From: an uncultured Dehalococcoidia bacterium
Lineage (GTDB): Bacteria; Chloroflexota; Dehalococcoidia; Lucifugimonadales; UBA1127
Reading direction: 5' to 3'
NCBI GenBank assembly: GCA_964612825.1
Contig: CAZTCW010000036.1
Location: forward strand, 26,603 to 90,602
Length of the DNA stretch: 64,000 bases
Part shown: piece by piece, positions 46,727-56,103 of the stretch
Layout of the letters: every line of letters starts with the position of its first letter
Numbering within the stretch: the stretch's first letter is position 1
Made by a program: the position numbers and the translations under genes
The notes under the pieces: model-generated
What the model was told of the DNA's origin: nothing
Database searches by the model: none
What the model saw: the letters and a program-made list of their open reading frames with translations, nothing else

Positions 46727-46847
46727 GACTAGGGTTTCTTAAAGGAAATTCTTCTACCAAATTATTGTCGGGAATCAGGTCAAATAGATACCGATCCCTT
46801 GAAGGCGCCGGGCCCCAAAAGAATATTCTCCCCTGAGGGATTTTGTC

Positions 46848-47879
46848 ATGAGTAATCTGCCAATAAAATGGGAAGATGGCCATCTTTGGCTATTGGATCA
46901 AACTCGTCTTCCTTCGAAAGTAGTGTATCTAGATATTTCAGACACCTCCCAAGCTATTGAAGCGATACAGAACCTAAGAGTTAGAGGGGCCCCAGCTATC
47001 GGAGTTGCAGGAGCTTACGCTCTCTATTTGGCTGCAAAGGATTATCTGGATTTATCTCTTGAAGGATTCCGGGAATCACTTGACTACTCGGCGAAATCCA
47101 TCTCCTCCGCACGGCCGACTGCTGTAAATTTAGCTTGGGCAGTTAGTCGCGTCAAAGAAGCAGCGGCCAATGCCACCACTACTCGTGACGCAGCAGATAT
47201 GATATTGGCTGAAGCGAAGAAAGTGGAAATAGAAGACCGAGCCGGGAACGAAAAGATCGGTCATCACGGGGCGACCTTGATTCCTGAAGGTTCAACATTG
47301 TTAACCCATTGTAATGCTGGCACTCTTGCAACTGCTGGTTATGGAACTGCTCTCGGGGTAGTTCGTGCTGCTTGGACATCAGGTAAATTAAAAGGGGTAA
47401 TAGCGACTGAAACACGGCCATTGCTTCAAGGGGCAAGACTGACAACCTGGGAACTTATGCAAGATAATATTCCTGTGAAATTAGTGGTGGATGGGGCAGT
47501 TGGGCATCTGTTTCAACGGGGGGAGATAACGGCGGTAGTTGTGGGGGCTGATCGAATTGCATCCAACGGAGATGTAGCCAATAAGATTGGGACTTATGGG
47601 ATCGCAATATTGGCTAAAGCCCATGGAATACCTTTTTATGTTGCTGCTCCTTTTAGTACTGTTGACCTTGACACTCCCACCGGTTCAGATATTCCGATTG
47701 AGGAACGTCAAGGAGGCGAAGTGGCCTCGTTTGCTGGTATTCCTTTGGCCCCTGAAGGAGTAGCAGTATTCAATCCCGCGTTCGATGTAACCCCTTCGCA
47801 ATACGTATCGGCAATTATTACGGAACTTGGGGTGATAAGAGCCCCCTACGACGAAGGGCTGAGGAAGGTAGCGTGCTAA
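46848..47879 (+). CDS. mtnA: S-methyl-5-thioribose-1-phosphate isomerase
   Basis: 343 aa. eIF2B-related fold. RGAPAIGVAGAYAL, THCNAG and GADRIA motifs. Confidence 0.9.
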   Translation: MSNLPIKWEDGHLWLLDQTRLPSKVVYLDISDTSQAIEAIQNLRVRGAPAIGVAGAYALYLAAKDYLDLSLEGFRESLDYSAKSISSARPTAVNLAWAVSRVKEAAANATTTRDAADMILAEAKKVEIEDRAGNEKIGHHGATLIPEGSTLLTHCNAGTLATAGYGTALGVVRAAWTSGKLKGVIATETRPLLQGARLTTWELMQDNIPVKLVVDGAVGHLFQRGEITAVVVGADRIASNGDVANKIGTYGIAILAKAHGIPFYVAAPFSTVDLDTPTGSDIPIEERQGGEVASFAGIPLAPEGVAVFNPAFDVTPSQYVSAIITELGVIRAPYDEGLRKVAC

Positions 47880-47880
47880 A

Positions 47881-48741
47881 ATGTCCGAAGTAAAAATTGC
47901 TGTTATTGGCGGAAGCGGGATTTATCAAATGGAGGGCTTGACGGTTCTAAGCGAGATTAATCCAAAGACTCCTTTCGGAAAAACAAGCGATTCAATTGTT
48001 ATAGGTGATTTAGATGGGATTCAAGTAGCATTTTTACCAAGACATGGTAGGGGACACCGTTTAAACCCGTCAGAAATACCAACAAGAGCTAATTTTTACG
48101 CCTTGAAATCGATTGGAGTTGAACAAGTAATATCTGTAAGTGCGGTCGGGAGTTTACGAGAAGAAATCCAGCCTTTAGATCTAGTGGTTCCTGACCAACT
48201 TATTGATCGAACTAAGGGTCGTGTTTCCACATTCTTTAATGAAGGAATTGTTGCGCATGTTGCTTTTGCTGACCCATTTTGCCCTGTGATTCGGAAAGAA
48301 TTGATCCAATGTGCTTCCGAAGTAGGTGCTACGGTTCATCCCGAAGGCACCTATGTTGTTATGGAAGGGCCTGCGTTTTCAACTCGTGCTGAATCTCACC
48401 TTTATCGGTCATGGGGGGCAAGCATTATCGGAATGACAGCACTACCTGAAGCAAAACTGGCCAGAGAGGCAGAAATATGTTACGCGACAATTGCCTGCGC
48501 AACAGATTATGATGTCTGGAGGGAAGGATCTGAAGACGTTTCTGTGGAGCAGGTGGTGGCAAATCTTCTTCGCAACGCTGAAACCTCCCAATTGGTTCTC
48601 AGGAAAATGATTCCCAGGCTGCCATCGAAGAGAAATTGTGTCTGCGTTTCAGCTATGCACAATGGGATTATCACTAATTCGGAAATGATTTCCACCGAGG
48701 CAAGAGATCGACTCAGCATTTTCCTGCCGAATGAACAATAA
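47881..48741 (+). CDS. mtnP: S-methyl-5'-thioadenosine phosphorylase
   Basis: 286 aa. IAVIGGSGIY and FLPRHGRGH motifs, PNP/MTAP family. Starts 1 nt after the mtnA stop. Confidence 0.9.
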   Translation: MSEVKIAVIGGSGIYQMEGLTVLSEINPKTPFGKTSDSIVIGDLDGIQVAFLPRHGRGHRLNPSEIPTRANFYALKSIGVEQVISVSAVGSLREEIQPLDLVVPDQLIDRTKGRVSTFFNEGIVAHVAFADPFCPVIRKELIQCASEVGATVHPEGTYVVMEGPAFSTRAESHLYRSWGASIIGMTALPEAKLAREAEICYATIACATDYDVWREGSEDVSVEQVVANLLRNAETSQLVLRKMIPRLPSKRNCVCVSAMHNGIITNSEMISTEARDRLSIFLPNEQ

Positions 48742-48802
48742 CAATTCAGAAAATTGAGAGAAAATAGAGGGATTTCCAAAATTAATCGGATCGGAGGTAT
48801 TC

Positions 48803-49159
48803 ATGCCTGAACAAGTACCGGGAGAGCCATATATCCGGGTAAGTTCGCTCGAAGCAAAAGAATTGATGGACTCTTTACCTGAGATAGCGTTGATTGACGT
48901 GCGGGCTCAAGATGAATATGAGTCTGGCCACGCCAGTGGAGCCCTGCACATCCCAGTGGACGAGGTTTTATCCAGATTTGATGAACTTCCAAAGGATAAA
49001 AAATTATTTTTTATTTGTGCTATGGGTGCTAGAAGCGGATTGGCATGTGAAATGGTGGCAGCATTAGGGATAACTTCAGATAATCTATACAATATCGAAG
49101 ATGGCACGCCAGCTTGGATACAAAAGGGATTTCCCGTCACCTATGGTTCCGAAGCATAA
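48803..49159 (+). CDS. single-domain rhodanese (sulfurtransferase)
   Basis: 118 aa. LIDVRAQDEYESGH and active-site loop CAMGARS (CxxxxR[ST]). Confidence 0.85.
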   Translation: MPEQVPGEPYIRVSSLEAKELMDSLPEIALIDVRAQDEYESGHASGALHIPVDEVLSRFDELPKDKKLFFICAMGARSGLACEMVAALGITSDNLYNIEDGTPAWIQKGFPVTYGSEA

Positions 49160-49248
49160 AATTTTTATCTATGGGTTTGCCTTGGGCTGATGACTGAACA
49201 AATTTCTGATATGCTAAAAACTAAGTTCTACTTGTAAAGGAACATGTT

Positions 49249-49932
49249 ATGTATAAAAAGAGTCGGTTGGCTAGGTTGAAACAGAGAGTCCATGGGAAGA
49301 AACAATTGGTTCGAAGAAAAATGGCACGGCAGTTATTATCAGGAACCTTAAGCTTGGCTCAAGTCGAAGAACGCGACCCTGAAGGGCTTTCGAAAATACT
49401 CAGAACCGTGGCATACCTAAACGAATCGGAAGGGTCAGAAATACCTTCGGCCATCGCTCCAGCAGTCTCTCATGCACTAGCTCCGGCTACATTTGGTGCT
49501 TCTATCCCACAAGTGAGTCGTGGCCCGAAGGTTACTACTGGACGTCAGGGTTCGACTAGTAGAGCTTCAAAAGCTGCGGTGGCTAATGAAAATACCGAAC
49601 CTATTGCTCAGGAAGAGGTTCAGCCGCCCGCACCAAAACGACGACGAGCGGCTTCTGCGAAATCAGAAACATCTGTGGCTGAAGAGATGGGAGGGGCTAC
49701 ATCTGTAACAGGTGCTCCTAAGAAAACGACTACTACTCGCAGTGCGAAAAAACCGAATGCGGGTAAAAATACCGAATCCGCTTCAGTAGCGAAAGAGAAA
49801 ACAGCCTCTCCTAACCGTCGCAGTGCTAAAGCACCTCAGAGTAAATCTACCATAGGCGACGTGGAAACCCCAGTTACGCCGCGCCAATCAAAACGTCAAA
49901 GTTCCAAACCGAAGGCTGACGAGGAGAATTGA
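49249..49932 (+). CDS. highly basic, low-complexity (Ala/Lys/Ser/Thr/Pro-rich) protein of unknown function
   Basis: 227 aa. Basic helical-looking N-terminus (KKSRLARLKQRVHGKKQLVRRKMARQLL), then a long tail with PKRRR, SAKKP and SAKAP-type repeats. Visibly GC-richer than its neighbours. Confidence 0.55.
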   Translation: MYKKSRLARLKQRVHGKKQLVRRKMARQLLSGTLSLAQVEERDPEGLSKILRTVAYLNESEGSEIPSAIAPAVSHALAPATFGASIPQVSRGPKVTTGRQGSTSRASKAAVANENTEPIAQEEVQPPAPKRRRAASAKSETSVAEEMGGATSVTGAPKKTTTTRSAKKPNAGKNTESASVAKEKTASPNRRSAKAPQSKSTIGDVETPVTPRQSKRQSSKPKADEEN

Positions 49933-49982
49933 TACGTATATTAAGAAATCCGGGTCTAAACTTAACGAACTAAGGAACAACA

Positions 49983-51254
49983 ATGACTAGTGATTCAGAA
50001 GTGGATGCCATTCTCGATCCTTCGTTAGCCGAGGAAGGTCAGCGCAGAATCGAATGGGCAGCACGCGAAATGCCTGTTCTTAGAACCCTTCGAGAGCGAT
50101 TTTCTCGAGAGAAACCCTTTGAAGGTCTTAAAATTTCAGCTTGCCTCCATGTAACGACTGAGACAGCGAATCTGGCGCTAACCTTGAAGGAAGGGGGGGC
50201 TCAGATTGCGCTTTGTGCAAGTAATCCTTTGAGTACTCAAGATGATGTGGCTGCCGCGTTGGTTGAGAGGTTCCAGCTTCCTACGTTCGCAATTAAAGGG
50301 GAGGATACTTCAACTTACTATAACCATATTCTTATGGCGCTTAGCCATGGTCCCCACATTACCTTGGACGATGGGGCAGATTTAGTGAGTATTCTTCATA
50401 CTGAGCAAAGAGAACTGCTATCTGGGGTATTTGGAGGGACTGAGGAAACTACTACAGGCGTAATCAGGCTTCGAAATATGGCTAATGCTAAGAAGTTAGA
50501 ATATCCGATTATTGCAGTGAATGAAGCGGATACTAAGCATATGTTTGATAATCGGTATGGGACTGGGCAGAGTACGCTTGATGGGATAATTAGGGCTACA
50601 AATGTTCTTTTCGCCGGGAAGTATCTGGTGGTTGCTGGTTATGGTTGGTGCGGCCGTGGAGTGGCAATGAGGGCCAATGGCCTTGGGGCGAAAGTAATTG
50701 TTACAGAAGTGGACCCGATACGGGCCCTAGAAGCAACCATGGACGGTCATCAGGTGATGAGGATGGACGACGCGGCTAGGATTGGTGATATCTTTGTTAC
50801 TGTTACCGGGGGGAAATTCGCCCTTAATGCGGAACATTTCCAATTGATGAAGGATGATGTTTTGGTCGCTAATAGCGGTCATTTTAATGTAGAGATTAAT
50901 ATTGGTGCCTTAGAAGATGCAGCGGTGGAAAAACGACAACTGCGTCCGATGGTTGAGCAGTTTGTAATGAGCGATGGTAAACGGATTAATCTCCTAGCAG
51001 AAGGCAGATTAGTTAACTTGTCGGCTGCTGAAGGACATCCTTCAGCAGTTATGGATATGAGTTTCGCGAACCAAGCTCTTAGTGTGGAATATTTGGTGAA
51101 AAATGCGAAAAATCTTGCGGTTGAAGTGTATGACGTTCCTATAGATATTGATCGGGAAGTTGCGATTCTTAAATTGCAAAGTATGGGGTTAGCTACAGAC
51201 GAACTGACCGATGAGCAAACCCAGTATCTATCGGCTTGGGAAACTGGGACCTAA
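49983..51254 (+). CDS. ahcY: adenosylhomocysteinase
   Basis: 423 aa. [18 protein letters not shown], and the NAD site GYGWCGRG. Confidence 0.95.
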   Translation: MTSDSEVDAILDPSLAEEGQRRIEWAAREMPVLRTLRERFSREKPFEGLKISACLHVTTETANLALTLKEGGAQIALCASNPLSTQDDVAAALVERFQLPTFAIKGEDTSTYYNHILMALSHGPHITLDDGADLVSILHTEQRELLSGVFGGTEETTTGVIRLRNMANAKKLEYPIIAVNEADTKHMFDNRYGTGQSTLDGIIRATNVLFAGKYLVVAGYGWCGRGVAMRANGLGAKVIVTEVDPIRALEATMDGHQVMRMDDAARIGDIFVTVTGGKFALNAEHFQLMKDDVLVANSGHFNVEINIGALEDAAVEKRQLRPMVEQFVMSDGKRINLLAEGRLVNLSAAEGHPSAVMDMSFANQALSVEYLVKNAKNLAVEVYDVPIDIDREVAILKLQSMGLATDELTDEQTQYLSAWETGT

Positions 51255-51281
51255 AAGTTTTATCCTGTTCGGAGTTTTTTT

Positions 51282-52502
51282 ATGGAACAATCTGGTACGA
51301 CATTTGAGAATTCTTCTTCATATCTATTCTCTTCTGAATCTGTCACGGAGGGGCACCCAGATAAATTGTGCGATCAGGTCTCTGACGCCATCTTGGATGC
51401 TATTTACGCCCAAGATCCGAAAGCACGAGTTGCTTGTGAGACAGCTACTAGTACTAATTTAGTAGTCGTCATGGGAGAGATTACTACCACCGCATCAGTC
51501 GATTATGAAGCGATTGTTCGAGATACGGTTAGACTGATTGGATATGATGACTCTGAAATTGGTATTGATTATAAAACTTGCGAAGTCATCGTCCGCCTTC
51601 ATGAGCAATCTCCTGATATCTCCGGAGGTGTTACAACTGCGTTGGAGGAAAGGGATTCTGGTGGTTCTGACGATGAGGTGGCTTCACTTGGGGCTGGTGA
51701 TCAAGGAATGATGGTTGGGTTTGCGTGTAATGAGACTGAGGATCTTATGCCTCTTACAATTTCTTTATCCCATAAACTCACCCAACGTCTTTCGATCGCT
51801 AGACGGGAAGGAACTATCCCTTACTTGAAACCTGATGGCAAAGCACAAGTAACCATTGAATACTCTTATGGGAAACCCAAAAGGGTTCATACCATTATCG
51901 TGAGCACTCAGCACTCTGCCGATGTTCAAAATGAACAAATCGAGAAAGATGTTCGTGAACACATTATTAAGCCTGTAGTCCCTTCTAGTCTTGTTGATGC
52001 CGAAACAAGGATACTGGTAAATCCTTCTGGAAGATTTGCTGTTGGGGGACCCCATGGAGACGCAGGGTTGACTGGAAGGAAAATTCTCGTTGATACATAC
52101 GGTGGCGTTGCGAGGCATGGTGGGGGCGCATTTTCCGGCAAGGACCCAACTAAAGTGGACAGATCGGCAGCATATGCAGCGCGATGGGTGGCGAAAAATG
52201 TAGTAGCCGCCGGAATGGCGGACCGCTGTGAGGTTCAGATTTCTTATGCCATCGGAGTTGCCTCTCCCATTAGCCTCTCTATTGAGACATTTGGTACAGG
52301 GAAAATTGAGGATGATCGGATTATCGAGCTTATTAGGAAACATTTTGATCTACGACCAGGTGCCATCATTCGGGATTTGGACCTTCGTCAACCCATCTAC
52401 AATCAGACAGCTTCTTACGGACATTTTGGCAGGAATGACCTAGACCTACCATGGGAGAGGACAAATAAAGCGGGGATTTTATCTAAAGAAGCTTTTGGAT
52501 AG
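51282..52502 (+). CDS. metK: S-adenosylmethionine synthase
   Basis: 406 aa. [25 protein letters not shown] and [16 protein letters not shown] signatures. Confidence 0.96.
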   Translation: MEQSGTTFENSSSYLFSSESVTEGHPDKLCDQVSDAILDAIYAQDPKARVACETATSTNLVVVMGEITTTASVDYEAIVRDTVRLIGYDDSEIGIDYKTCEVIVRLHEQSPDISGGVTTALEERDSGGSDDEVASLGAGDQGMMVGFACNETEDLMPLTISLSHKLTQRLSIARREGTIPYLKPDGKAQVTIEYSYGKPKRVHTIIVSTQHSADVQNEQIEKDVREHIIKPVVPSSLVDAETRILVNPSGRFAVGGPHGDAGLTGRKILVDTYGGVARHGGGAFSGKDPTKVDRSAAYAARWVAKNVVAAGMADRCEVQISYAIGVASPISLSIETFGTGKIEDDRIIELIRKHFDLRPGAIIRDLDLRQPIYNQTASYGHFGRNDLDLPWERTNKAGILSKEAFG

Positions 52503-52573
52503 TGATTCTGGGATAAAAACGATACTAATTAAGCATTTGTTTGTCTTTAGTTACCCACTGCAGGAGTCGCTTG

Positions 52574-54004
52574 ATGGGAATAACTCCAATAAAATTTGGT
52601 ACTGATGGTTGGCGTGGGGTAATAGCACAGGATTTTACGTTTGATAACGTCCAATTGTGTGCCCAAGGGGTAGCTAATTATCACCTTAAGAATGGGTTGG
52701 CTGGGAAGAAAATTGTTGTTGGATTTGATACTCGGTTTGCGTCAAGTGAATTTGCTATTGCAGTAGCCGAAGTGCTGGCCGGAAATGGTTTCCCAGTGCT
52801 TTTGATGGACAAGAATTCTCCCACTCCAGTATTGAGTTCTAATATTGTTGCGAATGAGGCCGCAGGCGGGGTAATGATAACAGCGAGTCATAACCCGAAG
52901 CAGTGGAACGGCTTTAAGTACAGAACCTACTATGGTGGAAGCCCATCAGCCTCAGTCATTGAAGGGATTGAATCGAATATACCTACGGCACAAGAAATGT
53001 CTTTTGTTCGTAATTTGAGTTACGAGAGGGCTTCGGACTCAGGGCTTATTAAATTGATAGATCCAGATATTTTTTATCTAGACAGGGTTAAGTCCTTAAT
53101 CGACGTCGAACGTTTAAGTCGGATTAATCAAATGGTAGTAGTGGATGCAATGCATGGAGCTGGGGGTGGATACTTCTCAAAAATTTTGGGAGTAAATAAC
53201 GAAAACATCTCAGAATTACGTTCTGAGATTAATCCAGCATTCCCTGGAATGCGTAATCCGGAGCCGGTAGAACACAATCTCCGATGGCTATCAAAGGTAG
53301 TGGGTGATTCTGAAGCAATGATGGGATTAGCGTTAGATGGTGATGCCGATCGGTTAGGAGTAATTAAAGAGGACGGTAAATATATCACCTCCTTAGAGGT
53401 ATTTGCCCTATTGATATATTACCTTCTTGAAGTCCGAGGGTTGAGAGGTCCGATAATAAAATCAATTTCTGTTGGCCGCATGGCTGCAAGGCTCGCAAAG
53501 CAATATGGAGTTCCCGTGCATGAAACAGGGGTGGGATTTAAATATATAGCTCCGGTAATGATGCAGGAGGATGGATTAGTGGGAGGGGAGGAAAGCGGGG
53601 GGTACGCTTTCCGAGGGCATTTACCTGAACGAGATGGAGTTGTAAGCGGGCTGTTCTTGATTGATTTATTGGTATCCACTGGACAAACCTTATCGAATCT
53701 TATCGAAGAGTTGTACAAGAAAATTGGTCCTCACTATTATGGGCGGATTGATCTTACATTTCCCGCAAGTCGGCGTGACGAAATACAATTAAGAGTCGCT
53801 TCCACAAACCCTCAGCGTTTAGGCGGGCTTCTTGTCCATTCAATCGATACCATGGATGGAATTCGATTCAACCTTGATGAGGACGCGTGGGTCATGGTGC
53901 GGTTTTCGGGGACGGAACCACTTTTACGGATTTATTCGGAGGCAGATAATGAGCGTCAGGTCCTCGGATTGTTAAATGCAGCTAGAGAAATCACAGGAAT
54001 TTGA
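52574..54004 (+). CDS. phosphoglucomutase/phosphomannomutase-family enzyme
   Basis: FGTDGWRG, active-site TASHNP and DGDADR. Start moved to ATG 52574 (GGAG SD 7 nt upstream) rather than the ORF-track TTG 52541. Confidence 0.88.
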   Translation: MGITPIKFGTDGWRGVIAQDFTFDNVQLCAQGVANYHLKNGLAGKKIVVGFDTRFASSEFAIAVAEVLAGNGFPVLLMDKNSPTPVLSSNIVANEAAGGVMITASHNPKQWNGFKYRTYYGGSPSASVIEGIESNIPTAQEMSFVRNLSYERASDSGLIKLIDPDIFYLDRVKSLIDVERLSRINQMVVVDAMHGAGGGYFSKILGVNNENISELRSEINPAFPGMRNPEPVEHNLRWLSKVVGDSEAMMGLALDGDADRLGVIKEDGKYITSLEVFALLIYYLLEVRGLRGPIIKSISVGRMAARLAKQYGVPVHETGVGFKYIAPVMMQEDGLVGGEESGGYAFRGHLPERDGVVSGLFLIDLLVSTGQTLSNLIEELYKKIGPHYYGRIDLTFPASRRDEIQLRVASTNPQRLGGLLVHSIDTMDGIRFNLDEDAWVMVRFSGTEPLLRIYSEADNERQVLGLLNAAREITGI

Positions 54005-54010
54005 CATTTC

Positions 54011-54039
54011 TTGACATAGATTTGCTTCGATCCTAAAAT
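54011..54039 (+). promoter_or_regulatory. strong sigma70-like promoter TTGACA-N17-TAAAAT for rplU-rpmA-rpmE
   Basis: TTGACA (54011-54016) and TAAAAT (54034-54039) with a 17-nt spacer. A second TTGACA at 54001-54006 overlaps the pgm stop. Confidence 0.6.
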
Positions 54040-54076
54040 GTTTGGATTGGTCTCCGAATTAAAGGCAGGGAAAATT

Positions 54077-54394
54077 ATGACAGAATTTGCAATCGTACAA
54101 ACCGGAGGTAAACAGTATAAAGTTCAACGAGGTGAACTGGTTGACGTCGAGCATTTGGATGCTGAAGTGGGGGGGAAAGTTGAACTCACGGACGTCCGTT
54201 TTGTCTCAAAGGAAGACCATGTGGCGATAGGAACTCCAACGGTTGAGGGCGCCAGAGTTATGGCGGAGGTTCAAGGACAACATAGGGGCCCTAAAATTGT
54301 AGTGTTTAAATATAAGGCCAAAACGCGATATCGAAAGAAAACAGGGCATAGACAATCCTACACTCGCTTGTTGATCCAAGATATCGTTTCTTAG
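54077..54394 (+). CDS. rplU: 50S ribosomal protein L21
   Basis: MTEFAIVQTGGKQYKV... is the canonical L21 start. The ORF-track start 54038 falls inside the promoter -10 element, so ATG 54077 is preferred. Confidence 0.93.
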   Translation: MTEFAIVQTGGKQYKVQRGELVDVEHLDAEVGGKVELTDVRFVSKEDHVAIGTPTVEGARVMAEVQGQHRGPKIVVFKYKAKTRYRKKTGHRQSYTRLLIQDIVS

Positions 54395-54444
54395 TAAATC
54401 TTTCATAAGCGGATACAGTCCGTTGTGGATCATGAGGTAAAAAT

Positions 54445-54723
54445 ATGGCTCATAAAAAGGGTGGGGGTTCTTCTAAGAACGGACGGGATAGTCAGGGGCA
54501 ACGTTTGGGGGTTAAATTATTTGATGGCCAACTGGCTAAAGCCGGCAGCATTATAATGCGACAAAGAGGTACTAGGATCTTTCCAGGAAGAAATGTTGGG
54601 CTGGGAAGAGACCACACCTTGTTCGCTCTTATAGATGGAAAAGTAAAATTTGAATGGGCGGCAAAAAACCGAAAGAGAGCCAGTGTTTACCAACACGATG
54701 AGACAGGAGGGTCCCCCTCATGA
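54445..54723 (+). CDS. rpmA: 50S ribosomal protein L27
   Basis: [24 protein letters not shown] canonical L27 N-terminus. Confidence 0.96.
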   Translation: MAHKKGGGSSKNGRDSQGQRLGVKLFDGQLAKAGSIIMRQRGTRIFPGRNVGLGRDHTLFALIDGKVKFEWAAKNRKRASVYQHDETGGSPS

Positions 54724-54923
54724 AATCAGCGACCCATCCTGAGTGGAATCAAGAAGTAGTCGTTTCTTGCGCTTGTGGTAATTCTTTTACTACCTCGTCT
54801 ACCAAGGCCAGTATAAGAGTTGAAATTTGTAGTGCTTGCCATCCTTACTTCACGGGTGAGCAAAGGATTGTAGACACTGAAGGTCGAGTTGAACGCTTGA
54901 AGAGGAGATACGGGCTTCAATAA
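54720..54923 (+). CDS. rpmE: 50S ribosomal protein L31 (Zn-binding type A)
   Basis: 67 aa. HPEW..., CACGNSF...[14 protein letters not shown] start/stop overlap with rpmA. Confidence 0.93.
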   Translation: MKSATHPEWNQEVVVSCACGNSFTTSSTKASIRVEICSACHPYFTGEQRIVDTEGRVERLKRRYGLQ

Positions 54924-54980
54924 ACCCTCTCCTTCAAGGAATTTAATTATTTTCTTCCTGTTTGTCATTCAAAATCCCCA

Positions 54981-55931
54981 GTGGAGATTCTTGTGAAGCA
55001 ATTCTATTATGGCGGGCAGGCAGTCATTGAAGGGGTCTTGATTAGGGGAAGACAGACCGCTTCCTTGGCCGTACGTCGCTCGGATGGGCTAATCTGGACC
55101 GGATCCTTGCCCCTAACATCTTTATACAATGCTAAGCTTCGTCAAATTCCCGTTGTTAGGGGCGTTATTGTCTTAATTGAAACGATGTTTTTGGGGATTC
55201 AGGCCCTTCATCGTTCTGCGGAAATTTCTATGATTCCCCCTGAGAAACTAACTTCCGATTCTCAAGAATTGCCCCGAGGTGAGAAAATGAACCGTGGAGC
55301 GATTATTGGCTCTATGGTTATTTCTATTGGTTTGGGGGTAGGCATTTTCTTACTTTTGCCCCTTTTTGGTGCAAGGTCTTTAGATTCAGTGATTGACCAC
55401 TCTGTTCTAACAAATGCGATTGAAGGAGTATTGAGGCTAGGCCTGTTAATTGGATATATTTGGGCCATTGGGCATATGGAAGATATTCGTAGAGTGTTTG
55501 CGTACCATGGGGCGGAACATATGACTATTCATGCATATGAACATGGAGTTTCGTTAGAACCTGATAATATCGCAAAGTTCCCTAAAGCACATTCGCGATG
55601 TGGAACAGCCTTCCTTCTTACTGTGGTAGTTGTTTCAATATTTGTCTTTACCGCCTTAGGTCGTCCTGAAATGATGGTTGCGATAGCTTCGAGGATTCTG
55701 CTGATTCCGGTGATTGCTGGGATCAGCTATGAATTCCTTCGTTTTACTGCCGCATATAGTCAACATTTGTTCGGGAGGATCGCGGCTACTCCGGGATTGG
55801 CTTTGCAGAGTCTCACGACTCGTTATCCCGACTATGAACAAATCGAGGTAGCCATTGCCGCACTTAAGCATGCATTAGATGGGGACTCTGTTGAGACGGC
55901 AAGTAGTGATTCAGGTAAAAAATCCCGTTAA
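54981..55931 (+). CDS. DUF1385-family membrane protein
   Basis: 316 aa. YGGQAVIEGVLIRG start and YHGAEHM motif. The family commonly follows rpmE. Confidence 0.8.
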   Translation: MEILVKQFYYGGQAVIEGVLIRGRQTASLAVRRSDGLIWTGSLPLTSLYNAKLRQIPVVRGVIVLIETMFLGIQALHRSAEISMIPPEKLTSDSQELPRGEKMNRGAIIGSMVISIGLGVGIFLLLPLFGARSLDSVIDHSVLTNAIEGVLRLGLLIGYIWAIGHMEDIRRVFAYHGAEHMTIHAYEHGVSLEPDNIAKFPKAHSRCGTAFLLTVVVVSIFVFTALGRPEMMVAIASRILLIPVIAGISYEFLRFTAAYSQHLFGRIAATPGLALQSLTTRYPDYEQIEVAIAALKHALDGDSVETASSDSGKKSR

Positions 55932-56018
55932 CTAAGAACTAGATAGTGCGTGAAAATTGGAATCGTAGCTTACGAGCACCGAGCGATAAAAATATAAAGT
56001 ATGTATTTTATAGCCTTG

Positions 56019-56058
56019 TTCAATTGAAATTATTTTTGGACCATGAAACAATTCATGG
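56019..56058. promoter_or_regulatory. two palindromes upstream of argJ (candidate operator sites)
   Basis: TTCAATTGAA (56019-56028, perfect 10-bp palindrome) and CCATGAA-ACAA-TTCATGG (56041-56058, 18 bp, 7-bp arms), 46-85 nt upstream of the argJ ATG. Confidence 0.35.
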
Positions 56059-56103
56059 GAGCCCCTTTATCTAAAACGGCTTATAAGAAACTGGAGGGTA
56101 AAC

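Noticed and set aside
46662-46883. 73-aa ORF on the - strand (and 46219..46524 on the + strand)
   Set aside because: The first overlaps the mtnA start and the predicted leader on the opposite strand. The second is antisense to ogt. Neither has an SD or motifs.
49933-49982. SAH riboswitch upstream of ahcY / SAM riboswitch upstream of metK
   Set aside because: The gaps are 50 nt and 27 nt, with no room for an aptamer plus expression platform. The genes appear to be co-transcribed with upstream genes.
51765-52343. 192-aa ORF on the - strand
   Set aside because: Antisense to the highly conserved metK coding sequence. No motifs, so a shadow ORF.
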